Source: a phage
Reading direction: 5' to 3' (one strand)
Length of the DNA: 64,000 nt
Assembly (NCBI GenBank): GCA_014685065.1
Contig: GCA_014685065.1_3930.1
Below are positions 47,687 to 54,891 of the stretch, piece by piece. A program made the position numbers and the translations under genes. Position 1 is the stretch's first letter, and every line of letters begins with the position of its first letter. The notes under the pieces are model-generated. The model saw only the letters and a list, made by a program, of their open reading frames with translations. It was not told the origin of the DNA and ran no database searches.

Positions 47687-49288
47687 TCAACGTCTAAGCC
47701 CCTCATATGGGTTTCCTCTCACTAAATCTGTGTGAGCACCCATTGATGGTGGCTTGAATAATTTAACTTCGTTAAGACTGTTGAAAGCATCACTGGTAGC
47801 ATCCACTTGGTCATCTTTAGTTTTACCGTCACCACAAAAGCCTTCAAGTTCTTGAAAGTAAGCTTCATTCCAACTACCTCTCAAGACTTTTACAAGTCCA
47901 GCTTCAGAAGCAGCAGAAAATCCCGCAAAGCGGGTAACTTTATCTTTATTTGTTGGTTTGGCTCTTGCTCGATAACCTTTCTCGGCAAGTTTCCTGATGA
48001 GGGATGTTGCGTAGGATTTACCAGCAGCGCCTGGGTCTTGAGGGATAAAAATACCAGTTCGCTTACCGTCACTTTCAGCAGTCAAATTAATTTGTGTTTC
48101 GACTCCAGAGGGTCTATCTCTAAATCTTACTACATCAATGATATAATAGCAACCGTCTTTTTTAGATTTACCCATCTTAACACCTGCTGTCCAGTCTGGA
48201 TTAGGGTTAATCTCAGATGGTAAAGTTGCTGCTAAGTCCCATGCTCTAACATCAAATACATCTTCTGGGAGTGAATCAACAATTTCACACCATTGTCTTT
48301 GCCAATAGTTTGAACCTTCTGCACGAGCCTTCCAGTTACCGAAACGAAGTCTTGCAACGTTTACAGGAGTGTTGTTTTCCAACTTACCACGGTACTTAGG
48401 CTCTAAGAAGTCAAGGATTGGGTTATCATCAATCGTACCAGAAATAAAGGTGTATGTTTGAGGAATCTCAAGGGGGAACATTTCAAGAATCTTGTCTCTC
48501 TCCCAATCAGAAACCATCACGCCATCGTGCATTACATACCAACGAATACGACCACATTTTTCAGGGTCTGGGTAGCCTTCTTCATCTAAGAATGGCTCTA
48601 CCCAATCGTAAATAAAGTGGTCTCTGTCTGGGTTCATGGAAATCTTCATGTATGAATCGCCTTCAGCACCAGAACGTAGACGGGTTTGTAGGTATGAAAT
48701 CTGTGAAGCAGAGAAGTGTGTACCTTCGTCAAAGTAAATAGCTGAGTATTCAATACCCTGATGACCTTCAGCGTGCTTTTCAAGTTCTAGGTAGGTAAAC
48801 TTGATAGTTGCCCCAGAAGGGAATGTGATAGTCATTTTCTGCTCGTGAGGAATCCCACCAAACTTACCAAATAGTTTCTTTGCAGCAGGCCATAAACCAC
48901 CTTGTAACTGTGTTGTATTTCGACGGAAATATACAGCATTATAGTTAGGGTCTTCAATAAATCTTAAAGAGTCCATTAACAATGCGGCAGTCTTACCAGC
49001 ACCAGCAGCACCACCATAGAGAACCAAGTCAGCATTAGTATTTAAAAAGACCTCTTGAGAACCCGGCTGAGGGGCTACATAGTTCTTATCAGTCATCAAT
49101 TTAAAGATAAGGCGAACTTGGTCTGGTGTGTATCTTAATAAAGTCAGAATTTGAGTTGGAAGGAATTTAGAGGGGTCTTTACCGAATGATTTAATAATTT
49201 CTTTTACTTCATCAGAAAGCCCCAACTCTCCAGCTAGGACTTTCCTAACATCTTCCACTCGCTTCTGCTTAACAGCATTTAAGTCCAT
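47687..49288 (-). CDS. terminase large subunit
   Basis: Start set at ATG 49286-49288 behind a GGAGG RBS (track start is TTG); Walker A GGAAGAGKTAA; about 533 aa. Confidence 0.85.
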   Translation of the reverse strand: MDLNAVKQKRVEDVRKVLAGELGLSDEVKEIIKSFGKDPSKFLPTQILTLLRYTPDQVRLIFKLMTDKNYVAPQPGSQEVFLNTNADLVLYGGAAGAGKTAALLMDSLRFIEDPNYNAVYFRRNTTQLQGGLWPAAKKLFGKFGGIPHEQKMTITFPSGATIKFTYLELEKHAEGHQGIEYSAIYFDEGTHFSASQISYLQTRLRSGAEGDSYMKISMNPDRDHFIYDWVEPFLDEEGYPDPEKCGRIRWYVMHDGVMVSDWERDKILEMFPLEIPQTYTFISGTIDDNPILDFLEPKYRGKLENNTPVNVARLRFGNWKARAEGSNYWQRQWCEIVDSLPEDVFDVRAWDLAATLPSEINPNPDWTAGVKMGKSKKDGCYYIIDVVRFRDRPSGVETQINLTAESDGKRTGIFIPQDPGAAGKSYATSLIRKLAEKGYRARAKPTNKDKVTRFAGFSAASEAGLVKVLRGSWNEAYFQELEGFCGDGKTKDDQVDATSDAFNSLNEVKLFKPPSMGAHTDLVRGNPYEGLRR

Positions 49289-49309
49289 TAAGCGCCTCCG
49301 CAAATAGAA

Positions 49310-49510
49310 TTATTCAGAGTCTGTAGCAGTCTCTTCTTTCTTAACTTCGAATTTAGCATCAACAGCATCAAGAAGTGCATCCATAGATGCCTCTTTAATA
49401 TCAATACCTGTTGCTACAGATAATCTGTCTGCAATTGCCATGATAGTGTTCTGCATAAATTCCAGCTTTTTGTTAGCTTCATAAAGTTCTTTATAAACGG
49501 TCTCGCTCAT
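49310..49510 (-). CDS. hypothetical small protein upstream of terminase
   Basis: 66 aa; too small for a typical small terminase, function unknown. Confidence 0.35.
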   Translation of the reverse strand: MSETVYKELYEANKKLEFMQNTIMAIADRLSVATGIDIKEASMDALLDAVDAKFEVKKEETATDSE

Positions 49511-49634
49511 TATGTTTTCTCCAAATAATTAACCATGTTTCCCCTTAAAAAAGACGGCACAGAGACCGTCAAGGAGAAACCACAATGTACGTCAGAGACA
49601 TACTGTATAAGTCTTCCTATAAAGTATAACTCTG

Positions 49635-49694
49635 TAAAAAAGCCCTGTCTAAAAATACTCTTCGGTAGCGAAAGGAAGAATACTTATAGCAGGG
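49635..49694 (-). terminator. compound hairpin + T-run, candidate terminator of the tRNA operon
   Basis: GCCCTG (49641-46) / CAGGGC (49689-94) with a nested TCTTC/GAAGA stem; on the minus strand followed by TTTTTT (A6 at 49635-40). Confidence 0.4.
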
Positions 49695-49732
49695 CATTAT
49701 TATTATTTTAATTGAGAGAGAGTAAAATAACT

Positions 49733-49808
49733 TGGAGAATCCGAAGGGACTCGAACCCTTATAAACCTGTTTTGCAGACAGGCACATAGCCATTTCTGTC
49801 ACGGATTC
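49733..49808 (-). tRNA. tRNA-Cys (anticodon GCA)
   Basis: Hand fold: acceptor GAATCCG/CGGATTC, T-arm GGGTTCGAGTCCC, anticodon loop CTGCAAA, CCA encoded. Confidence 0.6.
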
Positions 49809-49812
49809 AAAT

Positions 49813-49905
49813 TGGAGGAAGATACCAGACTTGAACTGGTACACCGATTTCTCAGCTACTGGCAGTTTAGCAAACTGCTCCCTTACCTTTTAGGGTTAAT
49901 CTTCC
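49813..49905 (-). tRNA. tRNA-Ser (anticodon GCT), class II
   Basis: 93 nt; acceptor GGAAGAT/ATCTTCC, anticodon stem GCAGT/ACTGC with loop TTGCTAA, long variable arm. Confidence 0.55.
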
Positions 49906-49906
49906 A

Positions 49907-50641
49907 TTATTTCTGTAATGCGTTCTTCATTTCTGGTGTTGCAATAGTGTCAATTACACCAGTTTTACAGGCATCATCAAACCAGTCTGGTAAGATACCT
50001 GCTAAGAACCCATTGATATTCGTTTTAAGGTACTCTGCAATAAGGGCAGCTTCTTCTTCAATCATCTGCACAACTTCATCTGCATAAGCTGTAATCTTTG
50101 AGATACCTTCATTAATCTTACTGACAGCTTGGTTAGCTAAATCAGAAACAGTATCAAGACCCTTGTCAATAGCGTCTTGTAAGTCACTTAATACATCGTT
50201 AACACTCTCTAGTGTACTGTTAATCGTATCAATAGCTTTTTGACCATATTCTGTAGCAACACCCATAATACCACTGAACGGTGTACAACCAACTTGTTCT
50301 CCTGCTGCACCCATAACATTGGAATATCCATTTGCTACCTGCATACGTGATGAAAACTCATCAATAGATTTTTGACCGTAGTCTGTCAGGGTCTTAGTAG
50401 TTGCTGTAGTGCTTGTAAGGCTTGTTGTAAAGCTGTTTAGAAGGACTGTTGTAAGTCCAGCAGCAACAAGTTTCTCCTGCATTGTAGGGTCTGTTACAGA
50501 ACTAATAGAGCTTACAAGTGATGTAGAAGCAGCTACGGTTCCACCGAGAACTGCTGCACCAGTAATAAGTGGGTTAGAAAACCCTTTACCGGTTTTTAAG
50601 AGATTAAAAATCTCCTTACCTTGTTCTGTCATCTCTTTCAT
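49907..50641 (-). CDS. hypothetical Ser/Thr/Ala-rich protein embedded in the tRNA array
   Basis: Track ORF trimmed to an internal ATG so it does not overlap the tRNA at 50660-50734; about 244 aa. Confidence 0.4.
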   Translation of the reverse strand: MKEMTEQGKEIFNLLKTGKGFSNPLITGAAVLGGTVAASTSLVSSISSVTDPTMQEKLVAAGLTTVLLNSFTTSLTSTTATTKTLTDYGQKSIDEFSSRMQVANGYSNVMGAAGEQVGCTPFSGIMGVATEYGQKAIDTINSTLESVNDVLSDLQDAIDKGLDTVSDLANQAVSKINEGISKITAYADEVVQMIEEEAALIAEYLKTNINGFLAGILPDWFDDACKTGVIDTIATPEMKNALQK

Positions 50642-50659
50642 TAAGCACCTTTGAAATTG

Positions 50660-50734
50660 GTAGTCCAGTGGGATTTGAACCCTCTTCTCATGTTTTTCAG
50701 ACACGCGCTTTAACCATATAAGCTACTTGGACTA
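50660..50734 (-). tRNA. tRNA-Phe (anticodon GAA)
   Basis: Acceptor TAGTCCA/TGGACTA, T-loop TTCAAAT, anticodon stem CGTGT/ACATG with loop CTGAAAA. Confidence 0.5.
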
Positions 50735-50739
50735 TAAAT

Positions 50740-50815
50740 TGGGGTGACCTACGGGATTTGAACCCGTATAGACCATGTTCACAGCATGGGTCATTGCCAT
50801 TTATGATAAGGCCAC
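50740..50815 (-). tRNA. tRNA-His (anticodon GTG)
   Basis: Anticodon stem CCATG/CATGG, loop CTGTGAA; T-arm ACGGGTTCAAATCCCGT. Confidence 0.6.
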
Positions 50816-50846
50816 ATTTAAGGACTCTCGTAAGAACCCTTAGAAG

Positions 50847-50922
50847 TGGCAGCGGCATAAGGATTTGAACCTTAATAGGACAGCTTCAGAGACTGTTGCA
50901 TTGCCAGTTATGCTATACCGCT
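50847..50922 (-). tRNA. tRNA-Gln (anticodon CTG)
   Basis: D-stem GCAT/ATGC, anticodon loop CTCTGAA, T-arm TAAGGTTCAAATCCTTA. Confidence 0.55.
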
Positions 50923-50927
50923 AAATT

Positions 50928-51006
50928 TGGTACTCCATATCGGATTCGAACCGATACATAACACAGATTTTAAGTCTGGCCTCTCTGCCAATTGGAGTAA
51001 TGGAGC
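50928..51006 (-). tRNA. tRNA with Leu anticodon TAA but short variable arm (class I-like)
   Basis: Acceptor GCTCCAT/ATGGAGT, discriminator A, D-loop AATTGGCA, anticodon loop CTTAAAA, T-arm ATCGGTTCGAATCCGAT; aligns with the tRNAs at 51751 and 52329. Confidence 0.45.
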
Positions 51007-51008
51007 AT

Positions 51009-51084
51009 TGGCGGGGGATGTTGGAATTGAACCAACTTCTTCGATTTCAAAGACCGAGGTTTTAACCTTGTAAACTAATCCCCT
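51009..51084 (-). tRNA. tRNA-Gln (anticodon TTG)
   Basis: Anticodon stem TCGGT/ATCGA, loop CTTTGAA; T-arm GTTGGTTCAATTCCAAC. Confidence 0.55.
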
Positions 51085-51092
51085 TTAAATCT

Positions 51093-51650
51093 TTACTTTC
51101 TCAGTGGATGAATAAAGAATGCCAACATAACTCTTTCCCTTGAGAATGCTCTTTCTTCTGGGACAACACTTTTTAGTTTCCATCCAATATAAATTCTCCA
51201 GTAAAACTGTTTACCAAAGACTTTAATTGATGGGATAAAAGCGAATAATCCCCAAGCATTACTGTTCCACATTAGGAGATAACCTGTCTGATTATCTTCA
51301 GGGTCAGAACTTACGTTGATATTACCTTTCCACTTAGTAACATCTTTTACATCTCTTCCTAATACATGGTAAGAGAAGTTATAAGCTTTGTTTCTCCAGA
51401 GCCATCCGACTCTCTGCATGTAGACACCCAGCTTACCAATCTTTCTAATCTTAGCCCATCGTTCGATATGACCTTCGTCACCATCAATTGGATTGTCATA
51501 TGTCTCCATCCATCTAAATCCGAAAGGTAAGTGGCCTTTCTTCTCACTGTAAAATGGAACTACGAAAGGTGCTAAGATAACTGCTAAGGTTGCTGCTAAT
51601 GGTTCTAGCAAAGCTAGGAAAATCCATGAAGCATATTTTAAATATCTCAT
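51093..51650 (-). CDS. hypothetical membrane protein embedded in the tRNA array
   Basis: 185 aa; N-terminal TM segment (WIFLALLEPLAATLAVILAPFVV), Trp-rich body. Confidence 0.5.
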   Translation of the reverse strand: MRYLKYASWIFLALLEPLAATLAVILAPFVVPFYSEKKGHLPFGFRWMETYDNPIDGDEGHIERWAKIRKIGKLGVYMQRVGWLWRNKAYNFSYHVLGRDVKDVTKWKGNINVSSDPEDNQTGYLLMWNSNAWGLFAFIPSIKVFGKQFYWRIYIGWKLKSVVPEERAFSRERVMLAFFIHPLRK

Positions 51651-51669
51651 CTAAATAGCCTCTTTAAAT

Positions 51670-51745
51670 TGGCGCAGGATAAGGGATTCGAACCCCTATT
51701 AACAGCTTCGTAGACTGTTGCTCTATCCATTTGAACTAATCCTGC
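51670..51745 (-). tRNA. tRNA-Arg (anticodon ACG)
   Basis: D-arm GTTC...GAGC, anticodon stem ACAGT/GCTGT with loop CTACGAA. Confidence 0.55.
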
Positions 51746-51750
51746 AAAAT

Positions 51751-51828
51751 TGGTGTTCCAAGACGGATTCGAACCGTCACTAGTACAAGGTTTGAGCTTG
51801 CATCCTCTGCCAATTGGGATACTGGAAC
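51751..51828 (-). tRNA. tRNA with Leu anticodon CAA but short variable arm (class I-like)
   Basis: Acceptor GTTCCAG/TTGGAAC, discriminator A, D-loop AATTGGCA, anticodon stem GCAAG/CTTGT with loop CTCAAAC. Confidence 0.45.
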
Positions 51829-51829
51829 A

Positions 51830-51904
51830 TGGTACTCACTAAAGGACTTGAACCTTTTTCTTCATCTTGTAAGGGTGGTGTTTTACCATATAAACTAAGC
51901 GAGT
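51830..51904 (-). tRNA. tRNA-Val (anticodon TAC), tentative
   Basis: Good acceptor, D-arm (GTTT/AAAC) and T-arm (AAAGGTTCAAGTCCTTT); anticodon stem is weak, loop read as CTTACAA. Confidence 0.4.
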
Positions 51905-51910
51905 ATGAAA

Positions 51911-51992
51911 GAGGTCTGAAGTTGTGCCGCTAACTCAACTCCGTGGAATTTGTTACGGTCTTCAGTTGACACCAGCGGTCTTTCACTTGACC
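51911..51992. other. tRNA-sized structured element without canonical T-loop
   Basis: Terminal inverted repeat GAGGTC / GACCTC about 80 nt apart with internal hairpins (CCGT...ACGG); no GTTCRA motif on either strand. Confidence 0.35.
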
Positions 51993-51999
51993 TCTGAAT

Positions 52000-52076
52000 T
52001 GGTGCTGCTCACAGGACTCGAACCTGCATTTCCATCCTTACAAGGGATGTGTAATAGCCAATTATACGAAAGCAGC
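52000..52076 (-). tRNA. tRNA-Thr (anticodon TGT)
   Basis: Perfect anticodon stem CATCC/GGATG, loop CTTGTAA. Confidence 0.6.
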
Positions 52077-52082
52077 ATTGTT

Positions 52083-52157
52083 TGGAGCATCCAGAGGGAA
52101 TCGAACCCTCAACCTCAGTTTGGAAGACTGTAATTTTCCCGTTTAAACTATGGATGC
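52083..52157 (-). tRNA. tRNA-Gly (anticodon TCC)
   Basis: Acceptor GCATCCA/TGGATGC, anticodon loop CTTCCAA, T-arm GAGGGTTCGATTCCCTC. Confidence 0.55.
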
Positions 52158-52163
52158 ACTAAT

Positions 52164-52240
52164 TGGTGGAGAAGCAGGGAATTGAACCCTGTACTTAAGT
52201 TTGCAAAACTTATGTTTTAACCATGTAAACTACATCCCCA
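52164..52240 (-). tRNA. tRNA-Ala (anticodon TGC)
   Basis: D-stem GTTT/AAAC, anticodon stem TAAGT/ACTTA with loop TTTGCAA. Confidence 0.6.
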
Positions 52241-52245
52241 ATGTT

Positions 52246-52321
52246 TGGTACAGGTGGAGGGAATTGAACCCATCGTCTTACTGATTAAGAGTCAGCCGCA
52301 TAACCATTTTGCTACACCTGC
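52246..52321 (-). tRNA. tRNA-Lys (anticodon CTT)
   Basis: Anticodon loop CTCTTAA; paralogous in sequence to the Lys(TTT) tRNA at 53966. Confidence 0.5.
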
Positions 52322-52328
52322 ATTAATT

Positions 52329-52405
52329 TGGTACACCTAGAGAGATTCGAACTCACACTGAGCAGATTCTAAGTCTGCTGCCTCTACCAATTGGGCTATA
52401 GGTGC
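52329..52405 (-). tRNA. tRNA with Leu anticodon TAG but short variable arm (class I-like)
   Basis: Acceptor GCACCTA/TAGGTGT, discriminator A, D-loop AATTGGTA, perfect anticodon stem GCAGA/TCTGC with loop CTTAGAA, variable region only about 5 nt. Confidence 0.5.
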
Positions 52406-52663
52406 ATTAAATCTTTTTAGAGAACTTCTAAGAACCTAAGCAACAAGGTTCCACAACAAGCTGTAATAACCTTAGAAGCCCTCTAAAAAGACCTAATTTG
52501 GTCTTTGCATAGTCTTGTTTAATCCGGTGACTAGAACCTTTGGAGAGCTTGATATTATCTCTTCTCCGTGACACCTACTAGGTGCTTTACTGTGCGTGTA
52601 CGACAATACACGAGGGATACCAAAGCAACATCCGAATGAAGCTTGGCTTTAAATCTTATTAGG
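52406..52663 (-). ncRNA. structured non-coding spacer within the tRNA array (candidate small stable RNA)
   Basis: No ORF and no tRNA; several hairpins (CTTCTAAG...CTTAGAAG 8 bp; AGACC-taattt-GGTCT; CGTGTA-cgacaa-TACACG). Confidence 0.3.
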
Positions 52664-52751
52664 CGGTAAGTAAAGGAGTCGAACCCTCACCGTATCTCTA
52701 CAGTGGCAACTGTTTTCAAGACAGTTTGGCTACCATTAGCCGCTACCTACC
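52664..52751 (-). tRNA. tRNA-Ser (anticodon TGA), class II
   Basis: 88 nt; perfect anticodon stem ACTGT/ACAGT with loop CTTGAAA; long variable arm; CCA not encoded. Confidence 0.55.
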
Positions 52752-52764
52752 CCTAATAAGACTT

Positions 52765-52847
52765 TGGCATGGGACGGAGGAGTTGAACCACTTTGAAACG
52801 GTTTTGGAGGCCGTTGCTCATGCCTTAGAGTCTTAACATCGTCCCAC
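52765..52847 (-). tRNA. tRNA-Trp (anticodon CCA), atypical
   Basis: 83 nt; acceptor GTGGGAC/GTCCCAT, anticodon region ACGGC-CTCCAAA-ACCGT; T-stem imperfect. Confidence 0.4.
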
Positions 52848-52989
52848 ACTATAATTCGAAGCTTACCGTATTTTCACAACACTGTAAAGCCCCTTCTCAG
52901 ATTATTTACATGTTCTGGAAAACATGAGATACAGACCACCTCCTTACACGGAGACCCGATAAGGTCGTCTAAGCAATCTGCTAACTATT

Positions 52990-53066
52990 TGGCACACCCT
53001 ACAGGATTCGAACCTGTAACTAACGATTTAGAAGACCGTTGCTCTATCCAATTGAACTAAGGGTGC
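52990..53066 (-). tRNA. tRNA-Arg (anticodon TCT)
   Basis: Anticodon stem ACGGT/ATCGT, loop CTTCTAA; T-arm ACAGGTTCGAATCCTGT. Confidence 0.55.
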
Positions 53067-53313
53067 ATTAATCTTTAAAGACTCTCTTAGAAAGCCCTTA
53101 AAGATGCCCACCTTATTAATCATACCGTGGGCGAGTACGCCAAATTCTTTGATGAGGGATTGGAAGACCTCACTGGTGTTTAGCCTATCAAGCTACTGCC
53201 AGAAAAACATTGTCGTTTGCATTTATTTTAAATTTGCAAAATAGACGCTACGCAACGAAAACTAAGGTTACTATAAAGTGGTCACATCTCAATGTCAACA
53301 ACTTTATTGAAAT

Positions 53314-53389
53314 TGGTACTGTGAGAAGGATTCGAACCTTCTGCCTTTCGGTTATCAGCCGAATGCACATCCATATGTGCTTTCACAGC
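53314..53389 (-). tRNA. tRNA-Ile (anticodon GAT)
   Basis: Perfect anticodon stem TTCGG/CCGAA, loop CTGATAA. Confidence 0.6.
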
Positions 53390-53868
53390 ATTGTTACCCC
53401 TTCGTGTACCTCTCTGTGGCAATTTGCACACAGTAATACACACTTATCAACTTCAGACTTCATTACCTCTATAGAGAAGTGTTTTTGTCCTACTGTGAAG
53501 TCCTTTGTATTAGGGTCTAAGTGGTGAAACTCTAAAGCCTTTATGCACTTATTGTATCCACAAATTGAGCAACAACCACCTTTGTAATCAACTAAAACCC
53601 TCTTAAGTTTGTCACGAGACTTTTTAACGTGTTGTGACTTCGCTTTCTTTTCTTCATCGGGGTTTTTGTATTGTTTCAGAATACCATTTGAAATACATTC
53701 ATCACAATACTTTCTTGATTTTGGTGTTTGTTTTCCACATGAATGACAAGAGCCTTCTTGTCTTCTTTTTGGATGACTCTTGTTGTTTACCCTTGCAGCA
53801 CAAGAGCGTGAACAATATTTTCCGCCTTTAACGGCTTTGTTGTCACAATCTTTATTAGCACAAAACAT
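53383..53868 (-). CDS. HNH homing endonuclease
   Basis: Trimmed to ATG 53866-53868 (RBS GGTGA) so it does not overlap tRNAs; Cys-rich N-terminal region; C-terminal HNH motif EFHHLDPNTKD...CANCHREVH. Confidence 0.7.
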   Translation of the reverse strand: MFCANKDCDNKAVKGGKYCSRSCAARVNNKSHPKRRQEGSCHSCGKQTPKSRKYCDECISNGILKQYKNPDEEKKAKSQHVKKSRDKLKRVLVDYKGGCCSICGYNKCIKALEFHHLDPNTKDFTVGQKHFSIEVMKSEVDKCVLLCANCHREVHEGVTML

Positions 53869-53884
53869 AATATCACCAACGAAT

Positions 53885-53961
53885 TGGAGGTTCAGATGGG
53901 AATCGAACCCACATTCATAGGGCTTATGAGACCCCTGCATTACCTTATCTGCGACTGAACC
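53885..53961 (-). tRNA. tRNA-Met (anticodon CAT)
   Basis: Acceptor GGTTCAG/CTGAACC perfect; anticodon stem GGGGT/GCCCT, loop CTCATAA. Confidence 0.55.
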
Positions 53962-53965
53962 ATAT

Positions 53966-54041
53966 TGGTAGAAGTGGAGGGATTCGAACCCATCGCCTGT
54001 CAGATTAAAAGTCTGCCGCATCACCATTCTGCTACACTTCC
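53966..54041 (-). tRNA. tRNA-Lys (anticodon TTT)
   Basis: Anticodon loop CTTTTAA; T-arm ATGGGTTCGAATCCCTC. Confidence 0.5.
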
Positions 54042-54045
54042 ATTA

Positions 54046-54181
54046 AAATTATCTTTGTAGATAAGCTATCCAGACTTGCTTAAGGTCTGTAGCGATGTGC
54101 CTTGTTGGGTTTAAATCTAGAATTTACCCTTTCACTCTTTGTGGTCGCATACTCACAGGTAAGCTTAATAACTTATCTACA
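54046..54181. repeat. 19-bp perfect inverted repeat flanking a ~98-nt spacer
   Basis: aattatctttgtagataag (54046-54064) is the exact reverse complement of cttatctacaaagataatt (54163-54181); inner CAGAC...GTCTG hairpin. Confidence 0.55.
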
Positions 54182-54241
54182 AAGATAATTACCAGACCGT
54201 TGTTTATCATCTTAAGTGCTACCATTACACCAACTCGACAT

Positions 54242-54266
54242 CTGCCGAGTGAAGGAATCGAACCTT
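54242..54266 (-). other. tRNA 3'-half-like fragment (T-arm plus acceptor 3' strand only)
   Basis: Canonical GAAGGTTCGATTCCTTC T-arm followed by ACTCGGC-A, but no complementary 5' acceptor strand found within 120 nt. Confidence 0.3.
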
Positions 54267-54497
54267 CGCCTTTTCTTTACCGGAGAAATAGATTGTTTAA
54301 GTTTTGCTGTAAACGGTCTTCTGTAAATTTGTTGAGCCAGACCAAGTTTTAAATTTTCAAAATTAAATTGGCTTGAAATTTCATACATTCTTGCTGTATT
54401 TGGTCTTCTGCTCCTTTAAAGAATACTCGTAAGAACCCTTTAAGGGAGGGGCTAAATAGCCCTCTCAAAACATCATCTTGAAATACTTATTATAATT

Positions 54498-54574
54498 TGG
54501 CGGTTACGAAGGGATTTGAACCCTCATCATCTCCCGTGACAGGGGAGTATTTTAACCAGTTAAACTACATAACC
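54498..54574 (-). tRNA. tRNA-Asp (anticodon GTC)
   Basis: Perfect anticodon stem CTCCC/GGGAG, loop CTGTCAC; D-stem GTTT/AAAT. Confidence 0.6.
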
Positions 54575-54580
54575 TTTATT

Positions 54581-54668
54581 TGGTGTGCCGTGTAGGAGTC
54601 GAACCTACCGAGTCTCAATGACAAGGGATTTACAGTCCCCACCGCTACCATCTACGGGATAACGACAC
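54581..54668 (-). tRNA. tRNA-Tyr (anticodon GTA), class II
   Basis: 88 nt; anticodon stem GGGGA/TCCCT, loop CTGTAAA; long variable arm. Confidence 0.5.
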
Positions 54669-54737
54669 ATTTAATTTCTATTCAGGCTAAGGACTTGCAC
54701 CTTACAAATCGGTGAGCAATCGCTTCTCTCCTAAATT

Positions 54738-54814
54738 TGGCGGTTAGTCAGGGATTCGAACCCTGTGCCATTCGCTTAACAGGCGACCGCACATACCTTA
54801 TGTGCTTCCTAACC
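54738..54814 (-). tRNA. tRNA-Asn (anticodon GTT)
   Basis: Anticodon loop CTGTTAA; T-arm CAGGGTTCGAATCCCTG. Confidence 0.5.
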
Positions 54815-54891
54815 TTAATACATTGCCAGACCGTGTTTTTTCTTTTATCCGCAAAAAGTATTTTGTTGCTGAATACGGTCTTCTGCAAAAT

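Noticed and set aside
49310-49510. 66-aa ORF as terminase small subunit
   Set aside because: Too short and no recognisable DNA-binding motif; kept as hypothetical.
49617-50087. ORFs 49617-49844 (minus) and 49812-50087 (plus)
   Set aside because: They overlap the tRNA-Cys and tRNA-Ser genes and the operon terminator; considered spurious.
49907-50704. 265-aa version of the embedded ORF starting at 50704
   Set aside because: The extension overlaps the tRNA-Phe gene; trimmed to an internal ATG at 50641.
53383-54027. Full-length 214-aa version of the HNH ORF starting at 54027
   Set aside because: The 5' extension would overlap two same-strand tRNA genes; trimmed to the first ATG with an RBS downstream of tRNA-Met (53868).
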